DNA of 64,000 nt from positions 113,068 to 177,067 of the forward strand of contig CAYZIY010000002.1 of the NCBI GenBank assembly GCA_964478715.1. Direction: 5' to 3'. Every line of letters begins with the position of its first letter. Position 1 is the stretch's first letter. Of the stretch, positions 56,017 to 64,000 are shown piece by piece. The stretch is from an uncultured Planctomycetales bacterium. GTDB taxonomy: Bacteria > Omnitrophota > Gorgyraeia > Zapsychrales > JBDRMG01. The notes beneath the pieces are model-generated. The model worked only from the letters and a program-made list of their open reading frames with translations, ran no database searches and was not told the origin of the DNA. Made by a program: the position numbers and the translations under genes.

Positions 56017-57653
56017 AAGAGAACCTCTTCGGTTTTAGTCATTATCGATTTTATAAGTTCATCTATGCGGTTATTTTTTTGTTGATTCTTTTTGGGATTT
56101 TTTGCCGGTTTTATCAGATCAATCGAAATACGTTTATGCATTATGACGAGGGGCTTTATTTGAATCATAATAGGCCCTTGCATGAGATCATGATTCATCA
56201 TCCGCCTCAAAATATGAGCGAGGGATTTCGGCTTTTTCATGCTTGGATGAAATCTTCACTGACTATGACAAAGGTTTTGTGGGTGATGGTTCTGGATATG
56301 CGATTGTTGTGGGGAGGATGGGACGATTGGTATTTTGCCCGGATTGTTTCGGCTTTATCCGGTGTCTTCACAGTGATGCTTGTCTATTTGTTTGCCCGTC
56401 GGCATTATCAATCTAAAGAGATAGCTGTTTTAAGCGCTCTTTTGTTGTGGCTGATGCCTTCCGATATATTTTATTCCCGAATGGCTCTCCAGGAAGCGTT
56501 CTGCGGCTTTTGGTTTTTTAGCGGACTTTATCTTTATATTTTTCCGCGCACTTTTAACAAAAGAACCTTTTTATCCGGCCTTTGTTTTGCCGCGGCTTTT
56601 TTGACTAATTATCGTTTGGCAATCATTCCCATTCTTATTTTTGCTTTGGAGTTTAGTTTTTTGATTAGTCGGCAGGGAAAGCCGCAATGGCGGCATTATG
56701 TCTGGAGCATGGTGGTCTTCTTAACAACGGTTATCCTTATCGGAGGACTATACGGCGGACGCAATAGTTATATTATTTTTGCCTGGATGATACGTCAGGC
56801 CCAGATCGCCAAGCTCCCGTTTAGTTTCCTGAATCTTTTTTCCTATCCGTATTATCTTTTTACGATGGAGAATTTCTTTTTCGGAATTTTCTTTTTTGGA
56901 AATATCTATTTCTTGATCAGACAAAAAAGGAAGAATCTTCCTCTTTTTGGGGTTTCCTGCCTTTATATGATCTTTTTCACCTTGGCTAGGGAAAAGGGCG
57001 CGCGGTACTTAAGTGTTGTCTATCCTTTGATCGTCATGTCTGTCAGCTACGTTGTTTTTCAGCTGTGGGGTCAAAGAGCGCGAAAAGTCAAGATCATCGC
57101 CGCGCTGTGTCTGATTTTTATGCTGGTGGGTTTTGCCATAAAATCTTTCAGGATTTCCCAATTTAAAGCCGCTTATCAAGAGTCCGTTACTGACATCCTC
57201 AAAGAAGATCCTCAGGCGAAAATCCTTACCACTCAGCCGACGATTCAAAATCTCTTTACCTCTGTGGAAAATGTTGCTAGCGCCCCGAAAAACTTTGCCG
57301 AACTGGCTTGGCGTTACGAGCAGGGGTATCGTTATTTGATCCTTGATCCGCAGGTTTATATCAGTTGGACCAAGAACGATTTGCATTTTACGGAACTTAA
57401 GGATTATCTGGATTTTATTTTGGTTCATATTCGTCCCCATCGTATTTATCATCATTTTCATTCGCATCTGATGGAGCGTTTTGTTTTTGAGCACAATGAA
57501 AATTTACGCCTTTCAAATAAATTTTTGGCGCAACAAAAGCCCGTCAAGGGCCTTTTGCGTGTTTATAAGATTGAAGAAATTATTAATGAGATTAATTATC
57601 GCCTAAAAATGAGTCAGCAGCCACCATTGTTTACAGAAGAAGCTCCAGGCTGA
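56013..57653 (+). CDS. GT-C fold membrane glycosyltransferase (ArnT/PMT-like, GT39/GT83 family).
   Basis: More than ten TM helices, with a DE motif (HYDEGLY) in the first extracytoplasmic loop. 546 aa. Confidence 0.65.
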   Translation: MKENLFGFSHYRFYKFIYAVIFLLILFGIFCRFYQINRNTFMHYDEGLYLNHNRPLHEIMIHHPPQNMSEGFRLFHAWMKSSLTMTKVLWVMVLDMRLLWGGWDDWYFARIVSALSGVFTVMLVYLFARRHYQSKEIAVLSALLLWLMPSDIFYSRMALQEAFCGFWFFSGLYLYIFPRTFNKRTFLSGLCFAAAFLTNYRLAIIPILIFALEFSFLISRQGKPQWRHYVWSMVVFLTTVILIGGLYGGRNSYIIFAWMIRQAQIAKLPFSFLNLFSYPYYLFTMENFFFGIFFFGNIYFLIRQKRKNLPLFGVSCLYMIFFTLAREKGARYLSVVYPLIVMSVSYVVFQLWGQRARKVKIIAALCLIFMLVGFAIKSFRISQFKAAYQESVTDILKEDPQAKILTTQPTIQNLFTSVENVASAPKNFAELAWRYEQGYRYLILDPQVYISWTKNDLHFTELKDYLDFILVHIRPHRIYHHFHSHLMERFVFEHNENLRLSNKFLAQQKPVKGLLRVYKIEEIINEINYRLKMSQQPPLFTEEAPG

Positions 57654-57675
57654 TCTTAAACGAAAAAATTTTGTC

Positions 57676-58698
57676 ATGATGCGTTCAGTCCTCCCATTCT
57701 TATTGATCTCTCTGATTAGCTTCTACGGCTGTAATACGCCTTTAAACAACAAGCATATTGATAAATATAGCGAAACTCGTTTTTTGATGGGAACCATTGT
57801 CAGAATCGATGTATGTCAGGATATCGATGATAAGATTCAGTTTTATCGAAGCTTAAAAAGAGCCTGGCAGGAAATGGAGCGTATTGAGGAGATATTTTCC
57901 GTAACAAATAATGAGAGTGAATTAAGCAGGCTCAACAGTTCTCAAGGCGGGATGAGTGTCAGCTATGATCTTTATGATTTGATGAAGAAGTCAATTCAAT
58001 TGTCTCGAGAGACAAAAGGAGCCTTTGATATTACCGTCAAGCCTTTGCTTGATCTTTGGCAAGAAGGCTACAGGCGAAAATATCTTCCTTCATCTAAGGA
58101 AATTGAGAAAGTAAAAGAGGTAGTTGGTTTTCAACAGGTCGAGTTTTCAGAAAATCAGACAGTGAGTTTTAAAAATACCGGCATGAAAATTGGGATGGGG
58201 GCGATTGCAAAAGGATATGCGATTGATCGGGTTGTCCAAATGATTAGGGCTGAAGGGATTTATGATTTTTTAATTGATGCCGGCGGTGATCTGTTTGTCA
58301 GCGGAAAAAGTTGCCGTGGTGATTTATGGAGAATCGGTGTCCGTCATCCCCTCAAGAAAGAGGTAACCATGGAACGCTTGCACTTAACGGATCAAGCGGT
58401 GGCCACATCCGGGAATTACGAGCGGTATTTCGAAATACAGGATGAGAGATATTCACACATTATTGATCCGCGCAGTGGCTATCCAGTAGAGAATAATTTG
58501 AGTGTCACCGTTATGGCGCCCTCAGCGTTGGAGGCTGACGCTTTGGCAACGGCTCTATCCATACTTTCTCCCGAAGAAGGGCTTTCCCTTATTCATCGCA
58601 AAGGAAAGGCTTATGGGGTGATCATATATCAGAAGAAGGGGATGGGCGGGATGAAGCGTTTGGCCAGCGAACATATTTCTGAACTTTACAAACCATAA
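57676..58698 (+). CDS. apbE: FAD:protein FMN transferase (ApbE-family lipoprotein).
   Basis: Lipobox LISFYGC. ApbE motifs …GAIAKGYAID… and …IDPRSGYP…. Confidence 0.85.
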   Translation: MMRSVLPFLLISLISFYGCNTPLNNKHIDKYSETRFLMGTIVRIDVCQDIDDKIQFYRSLKRAWQEMERIEEIFSVTNNESELSRLNSSQGGMSVSYDLYDLMKKSIQLSRETKGAFDITVKPLLDLWQEGYRRKYLPSSKEIEKVKEVVGFQQVEFSENQTVSFKNTGMKIGMGAIAKGYAIDRVVQMIRAEGIYDFLIDAGGDLFVSGKSCRGDLWRIGVRHPLKKEVTMERLHLTDQAVATSGNYERYFEIQDERYSHIIDPRSGYPVENNLSVTVMAPSALEADALATALSILSPEEGLSLIHRKGKAYGVIIYQKKGMGGMKRLASEHISELYKP

Positions 58699-58747
58699 GG
58701 GTTCATTTTTGTTATAATGATAATCCATTAACGTTAAGGGGGGAGGT

Positions 58748-59563
58748 ATGAAGCAATATTTGGAACTGGTGCGCCATGTACTTGAAAATGGCCAACCAAA
58801 AGACGACCGTACCCAAACAGGGACATTGTCAGTTTTTGGTTATCAGAGCAAGTATGATTTAAGTGATGGCTTCCCCATCTTAACGACAAAAAAAATACTT
58901 TTTAGCGCTGTGATCAGGGAATTGCTTTGGTTTCTAAAAGGATCAACGAATATCAATGACGGTCTTAAAGAATATACCCCGATCTGGAATGCATGGGCCG
59001 ACCAAAAGGGAGAGCTGGGTCCGATTTATGGCTACCAATGGCGCAAGTGGGAGCAATTTATCTGGGATGACAAAGAGAAGAAATATCAAAGGAAGTATAT
59101 TGATCAGATCAAGAAAGCCATTGATCTGATCAAAACCAAGCCTTACTCAAGAAGGATTATCGTTAGCGCTTGGAATGTTGCCGATTTAGAGAGGATGGCT
59201 CTACCGCCCTGCCATGCCTTCTTTCAATTTTATGTATTCGATGGACGGTTAGACTGCCAGTTATATCAACGTTCCGCTGATATTGCTCTGGGAGTTCCGT
59301 TTAATATTTCGAGTTACTCTCTGCTTTTAACGATGATGTCTCAGGAATGCAATCTGGAGCCAGGTATATTTGTTCATACTTTAGGAGATGCCCATATCTA
59401 TCAAAATCACCTTGAGGGTATAAAGGAACAGCTAAGGCGGACGCCCAAACCTCTTCCTAAAATCAAGATCGCGTCCAAACCTCTTTTTGATCTAACATTT
59501 GAGGATATTACCCTTGAGGATTATCAGCACGATTCGTTTATCAAATTCCCCATTGCCGTTTGA
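58748..59563 (+). CDS. thyA: Thymidylate synthase.
   Basis: …[12 protein letters not shown]…[14 protein letters not shown]…. Confidence 0.95.
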   Translation: MKQYLELVRHVLENGQPKDDRTQTGTLSVFGYQSKYDLSDGFPILTTKKILFSAVIRELLWFLKGSTNINDGLKEYTPIWNAWADQKGELGPIYGYQWRKWEQFIWDDKEKKYQRKYIDQIKKAIDLIKTKPYSRRIIVSAWNVADLERMALPPCHAFFQFYVFDGRLDCQLYQRSADIALGVPFNISSYSLLLTMMSQECNLEPGIFVHTLGDAHIYQNHLEGIKEQLRRTPKPLPKIKIASKPLFDLTFEDITLEDYQHDSFIKFPIAV

Positions 59564-59566
59564 GTC

Positions 59567-60106
59567 ATGAAACAATTCACAATAGTTGTTGCTGTTGATA
59601 AAAAGGGAGGAATCGCTAAAAAGGGGGCTATTCCCTGGAAGCTGTCCGCAGATTTGAAGCATTTCAAAAGCCTCACAACCGAATCACCGGATGGAGAGAT
59701 TAATGTGGTAATTATGGGTCGAAAAACATGGGAGTCTCTACCTGATGACTATCGTCCACTGCCGGGACGGATTAATGTTGTTTTAACGAGACACCAGCAA
59801 TACGAGATGCCTTCAGGAGTTATTAGAAGCAAGGATTTGTCCCAGGCTTTAGAATTGGCGCAGAGAACCGACAGCAACCGAATTCACAAGGTTTTTGTAA
59901 TCGGAGGATCTCAGATCTATAACGACGCTGTTTCAAATCCTCTTTGCGCACAAATAGTCATGACGATTATCGACAAAGATTATAACTGTGATCTTTTCTT
60001 TCCTGAAATTCCTTTCTGGTTCCAAAAAGTATCCCAATCGGATATTCTGAGCGAAAATGATATAAATTATTATATAACAACATATTGCAGAGAATCAGTC
60101 AATTAG
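59567..60106 (+). CDS. folA: Dihydrofolate reductase.
   Basis: …GIAKKGAIPWKL…VIMGRKTWESLP…VIGGSQIY…. Confidence 0.9.
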   Translation: MKQFTIVVAVDKKGGIAKKGAIPWKLSADLKHFKSLTTESPDGEINVVIMGRKTWESLPDDYRPLPGRINVVLTRHQQYEMPSGVIRSKDLSQALELAQRTDSNRIHKVFVIGGSQIYNDAVSNPLCAQIVMTIIDKDYNCDLFFPEIPFWFQKVSQSDILSENDINYYITTYCRESVN

Positions 60107-60326
60107 CTTAATTCAGGAAAGCGTTTTCTTGAATTTTTGCCAATTAGAAAAATGTCGAAAATATTTAACATAGTCTGTAACTATCAGAAAAATAATAAGT
60201 TAAAATCTAAAAAATTTCGAAAATAATGGAAAAATATAATTATTTGCGTTATACTTATAAAGTAGAAAGAAATATCTATCCCACCTTTTAGCCACGGAGA
60301 AGGTCAAATGAATTAGGATCTGATCA

Positions 60327-61505
60327 ATGGTTAGCAAAAAGCGAGTTCTTGTAGTTGATGATGAATCAATAGTAAGACAAACAATGGCAATGATGCTCGA
60401 AACTCGCGGTTTCGATGTACATCTGGCTGAATCCGGGCAAGACGCCGTTCAAAAAGCTAGCGAAAAACCTGATCTTATTCTTCTAGATTTAATCCTTCCA
60501 GACTGCGAAGGTTTTGAAGTTTGTCGCCGTTTAAGAGAAGATCGTGCCACGCGGCATATTCCCATCATTATTGTTTCCGTCAAATATCTTTTTGAAGATA
60601 AAATCGAAGGGCTTTATTTAGGTGCGGATGATTATCTGACTAAGCCTTTTGAATATGAAGAGCTGTTTGCCCGCATTGATGCGGTGTTAAGGCGCAGTCT
60701 CTTTTTTGATGAGTCGTATGGGCAACGTGAAGCCATTGTTTTAGAGTTAAAGAAAATCATCCGAGAGAAACTCATCGTGCCGTTTTATCAACCTTTGTTT
60801 TATCTTAAGCCGATGAAGATTTTTGGATACGAAGCTTTGAGTCGGCCACCGACTACCAGCATTCTTTCCAATCCGGATCTATTATTTAAAGCCGCTTTGC
60901 GTTTTGGTCTTTATAGCGATCTGGAACTGCTTTCTTGGCACAAGGCCATTACTGCCATGCCGGAGCTGAGAAACGGAGAGAAACTGTTTCTCAATTGTAA
61001 TCCCTATTTGGTGGAGAGCCCGAAATTCTTTAAGGTCAAATCGATTTTCGAAGAAAGCAAGATTTCGGCCCATGACGTTATTCTTGAAATTACTGAGCGT
61101 TCAGCGATTTCCGATTTTAAGGTTTTTTACGAACGGCTTAAGTCTTATCGTAATTACGGTTTTCAAATAGCTATCGATGATGTGGGCGGAGGTTATGCCA
61201 GTCTGGAATCTATTGTTGAGACAAAACCGAAGATCGTTAAAATTGACAATCATTTGACCGGTAACTTGGCCGATGAACCACTGAAGCGAAGTCTGGTTAA
61301 GTTTATTGTCAAATTCTGCAAAGAAAACGATATTATCTCCGTTGCTGAAGGTATCGAAAAAAAGCAGGATTTGGATATTCTGATGAAGTTGGGTGTTGAT
61401 GCCGGTCAGGGATATCTCTTATGTCGACCTACCATGCAAATCGATTTAGATGAAATCTACAAAGATATTCACGTCAGATTAAACGTGGATACTCCTCATG
61501 GTTAA
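60327..61505 (+). CDS. Response-regulator receiver domain fused to an EAL c-di-GMP phosphodiesterase domain.
   Basis: REC: VLVVDDE…DLILLDLILPD. EAL: QPLFYL…GYEALSRP…QIAIDDVGGGYASL…. Confidence 0.85.
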   Translation: MVSKKRVLVVDDESIVRQTMAMMLETRGFDVHLAESGQDAVQKASEKPDLILLDLILPDCEGFEVCRRLREDRATRHIPIIIVSVKYLFEDKIEGLYLGADDYLTKPFEYEELFARIDAVLRRSLFFDESYGQREAIVLELKKIIREKLIVPFYQPLFYLKPMKIFGYEALSRPPTTSILSNPDLLFKAALRFGLYSDLELLSWHKAITAMPELRNGEKLFLNCNPYLVESPKFFKVKSIFEESKISAHDVILEITERSAISDFKVFYERLKSYRNYGFQIAIDDVGGGYASLESIVETKPKIVKIDNHLTGNLADEPLKRSLVKFIVKFCKENDIISVAEGIEKKQDLDILMKLGVDAGQGYLLCRPTMQIDLDEIYKDIHVRLNVDTPHG

Positions 61506-61580
61506 ATCCTTATAAATCAACTTTCACTTTGATTTTTCAGAAACAATCCCTATAATAAAAGATATCTTTATCATTATCTT

Positions 61581-62573
61581 ATGATTTCTCTCATTATTCT
61601 CATTCTTAGTGTTATTGTTGCTTCGGGGGTTTGTTCTATGGTTGAGGCCGCTATTTTGAGCCTGCCTGCTGTACGAGCCAGAATTATTCACGAAGAAGGG
61701 AGAAGAAACGCTAAGCCGCTGTTATCGGTTAAGGAAAATATTCATATTACAGTAGCCTCGATCGTGATATTGAATAATTCCATCAATATTGTGGGTTCGA
61801 TTTTTGTCGGACAGCGGGTCACAATGCTCTTTGGCAGTCAATGGCTGGGGCTGGCGTCGGCCGTTTTTACTTTCATGATTATTGTCATATCGGAAATTAT
61901 CCCGAAGACTATCGGAGAGCGATATAAAATAAATATTTCCTTGGCTGCAGCACCTTCTCTTAGAGCGATCGTCTGGGTTATGAGTCCGATCGTTCTTGCT
62001 TTCTTAAAGCTGACCAGACCCTTTGTAAAATCGAGCCGTCTTCCTAAGGTTACTGAAGAAGAAATCAAAATGATGCTTAAGCTGGGGAGGGATGCCGGAA
62101 CGGTCGAGATGGACGAAGAAGTTTTGTGTAACCGGGTTTTTCGTCTAAATGATTTGAGGGCTTGGCAGATGATGAAGCCGATCAACAGAATTTTTGCTTT
62201 ACCCGCTCATGAGACTCTTGAAGAGGCGCGAGACGAGATTATCAATTCACGCTACAGTCGTATTGCCGTCTACGATCGTGATCCGCGGGATTTTGTTGGG
62301 ATGGTTCAGCAGAGAGTTTTGTTGAGAGAGATCGCCAAAGATAATTACAATGCCTATATTCAGGATTTTATGATAAAGCCTGTTTATGTCCATCATATGA
62401 CAAAAGCCGATGCGCTTTTAGAGAAATTTCAGGCTTATCATCAACACCTTTTTATCGTTCAAGATGATAAAGAAAAGGATATCGGTTTAATCACGATGGA
62501 AGATGTCCTTGAGGAATTGTTCGGCGAAATTTATGATGAAAAAGATATGGGCGTGAGAAACAAAAACCAATAG
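61581..62573 (+). CDS. CNNM/CorC-family (DUF21 + CBS pair) membrane protein.
   Basis: N-terminal four-TM DUF21 followed by two CBS motifs. 330 aa. Confidence 0.85.
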   Translation: MISLIILILSVIVASGVCSMVEAAILSLPAVRARIIHEEGRRNAKPLLSVKENIHITVASIVILNNSINIVGSIFVGQRVTMLFGSQWLGLASAVFTFMIIVISEIIPKTIGERYKINISLAAAPSLRAIVWVMSPIVLAFLKLTRPFVKSSRLPKVTEEEIKMMLKLGRDAGTVEMDEEVLCNRVFRLNDLRAWQMMKPINRIFALPAHETLEEARDEIINSRYSRIAVYDRDPRDFVGMVQQRVLLREIAKDNYNAYIQDFMIKPVYVHHMTKADALLEKFQAYHQHLFIVQDDKEKDIGLITMEDVLEELFGEIYDEKDMGVRNKNQ

Positions 62574-62576
62574 ACG

Positions 62577-63482
62577 ATGAATTTTCTGAATTCTTTTTTA
62601 GACGCATTTATTGCCTATGTCGATAAGCTGTGGCTTGCTGTGGTTTTGGGGTTTGTGATCAGCGGTTATGTAAACAGCTTTATCTCTACAGATTTGGTCC
62701 GGAAATATTTAGGAAAAAAGGGATTGCGGCCCCTGTTGCTTTCCTCTTTGATCGGAGTCCTTCTTCCGGTGTGCTGTTTTGGATCATTACCGATCGCTAT
62801 CACCATGAAGAAAAAGGGCGCGCGCTTAGGCCCTACGCTGGCTTTTCTGGTGACGGCACCGGCTACGTCGATTTCCGCTCTGATCGTCTGCTGGCGGCTT
62901 CTGGGTATAGATTTTACGGTCTATATCTTTTTTGCCGCCGTTTTGATGGGACTGATTCTTGGATTTGTCGCTGACTATTCAAGATTAAAGCTTCTGTTTG
63001 ACGAGCAGTCGCAACAGGAAAATATTTGTGAAAATCGACAGAGCAAAAAGACATCGCTGAGTTTTCTTAAACGATCCCGACAAGCTTTCACCTATGCTTT
63101 AATCACTCTTCCCCGAGAGATCGGTATCGAATTAATCCTGGGGATTGTTTTGGCCAGTCTTATTCTTGTTTTTGACCCCATTAAGGACTTTATTTTTCAA
63201 TATTTGTCCGGCGTGGCGGGATATGCGGCTAGTCTTCTTTTTGGCCTGGCCACCTATGTTTGCTCAACGGCCAGCGTTCCGTTGGCCCATGCCCTTGATG
63301 AAGCGGGTTTGGGCCAGGGGCCTGTCATGGTTTATCTTTTGGCCGGACCGATTACAAGCTATGGGATGATTTTTGTGATCAGAAAGAAGTTTGGCCTAAA
63401 AGTTTTATTCACATATTTGTTGACGATCTGTCTCAGTGCTTTGATGCTCGGTTTTATTTTTGAAGCCTGGAAATCTCTCTAA
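62577..63482 (+). CDS. Predicted permease (DUF318/YraQ-like).
   Basis: Eight or nine TM helices with a conserved CC pair (LLPVCCFGSLPIA). Confidence 0.7.
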   Translation: MNFLNSFLDAFIAYVDKLWLAVVLGFVISGYVNSFISTDLVRKYLGKKGLRPLLLSSLIGVLLPVCCFGSLPIAITMKKKGARLGPTLAFLVTAPATSISALIVCWRLLGIDFTVYIFFAAVLMGLILGFVADYSRLKLLFDEQSQQENICENRQSKKTSLSFLKRSRQAFTYALITLPREIGIELILGIVLASLILVFDPIKDFIFQYLSGVAGYAASLLFGLATYVCSTASVPLAHALDEAGLGQGPVMVYLLAGPITSYGMIFVIRKKFGLKVLFTYLLTICLSALMLGFIFEAWKSL

Positions 63483-63507
63483 ACGGTGAGATCTTGTGTA
63501 TTATATA

Positions 63508-64000
63508 ATGTCATTTACTAAATATACCTTTTTCGTCTCGCTAGTGTTTGCCGGAATCATTTCAAGCGCTGGTTGCTCAGGGGCCTTGCTTAGGCAAACA
63601 CAAAATAACGAGGATAACTATTTTTATCAGCCTACCAAAATCCTGGACAAAGATAAACTCCGCGCAGGGGGAGACATTTTTGTCTATCCGTTTCTTCCGG
63701 GAGAGGATATTCCGGCTAATAAGGAAGTTAAACGCTTGGGCTTGAGAATTATTCAGGGTGTTAGCGAAGCCGTTATTGATCAGCCGGGATTTGCCGTTGT
63801 GGGTGTCTCAGAAACTGAGCAGGCAGATTTTTTTATCAAGGGATACATTACGGAGATCAATGACAATCAGGGTATCACGAAATGGATACCGGGGCAAAGT
63901 TACCGTTCGCTTGAAATTAGAAGCCGTATGATCAACCGTGAGAGCGGTAAGACCGTTCTTAGGTTTATTGATAGAATTGATTCCCATGATCAGGCGGTCG
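63508..64000 (+). CDS. Partial CDS (3' end outside window): hypothetical lipoprotein.
   Basis: ATG at 63508. Signal peptide plus lipobox IISSAGCSG. The frame stays open to the window end. The ORF track missed it because it has no stop. Confidence 0.5.
   Translation, partial: MSFTKYTFFVSLVFAGIISSAGCSGALLRQTQNNEDNYFYQPTKILDKDKLRAGGDIFVYPFLPGEDIPANKEVKRLGLRIIQGVSEAVIDQPGFAVVGVSETEQADFFIKGYITEINDNQGITKWIPGQSYRSLEIRSRMINRESGKTVLRFIDRIDSHDQAV

Noticed and set aside
62630-62974. 114-aa plus-strand ORF in an alternative frame inside the permease gene.
   Set aside because: It overlaps a coherent multi-TM permease CDS, and its translation is Arg/Cys/Gly-rich nonsense typical of an out-of-frame read.

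Overview
This window reads as a bacterial chromosomal segment, almost all coded on the + strand, with low-to-moderate GC and a compact, operon-like layout. The first ~12.4 kb is a surface-polysaccharide biosynthesis island. It holds a partial membrane protein, a DUF354 protein plus a degraded DUF354 remnant, UDP-GlcNAc 2-epimerase, GT4 and GT2 glycosyltransferases, two SAM methyltransferases and a Wzx-type flippase. The flippase is followed by a complete IS3-family element (orfA/orfB with an A8 slippery site, TG...CA inverted repeats) nested into a second, 5'-truncated IS3-family copy. Two more GT4 genes follow. Downstream is conserved housekeeping DNA. It begins with a sigma-70 promoter plus CIRCE operator in front of groES-groEL. 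Next come a CBS-less IMPDH-family gene and guaA carrying a Lys-rich N-terminal extension, then dnaE, hup, hisS, a short archaeal-type aspS and a LysM lipoprotein. The phoH / 7TM-HD / ybeY / recO block follows, then a minus-strand Hel308-like helicase, dtd, a (TGATGCC)6 microsatellite and tatD. After these come nfnAB-like genes, panB, two zinc-ribbon membrane proteins, glyQS and ppdK. A short sigma-70-family factor, an HTH-less LacI-type domain protein, apt and tRNA-Arg(CCU) follow. The least ordinary region is 45.6-50 kb: an outer-membrane beta-barrel gene followed by an operon-like set encoding a membrane protein, a ParA/Soj-type ATPase fused to a CBM48/AMPK-beta glycogen-binding domain, a small DUF4870-like membrane protein, and a histone-like Lys-rich protein fused to an EF-Tu-domain-2-like barrel. 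The 3' end carries GGDEF and REC-EAL c-di-GMP enzymes, prmA, arfB, moeA-moaC, a GT-C membrane glycosyltransferase, apbE, thyA-folA, a CNNM/CorC-like protein and a permease. No CRISPR array or rRNA gene was seen. All calls rest on reading the translated ORFs and the sequence directly; no database search was possible.
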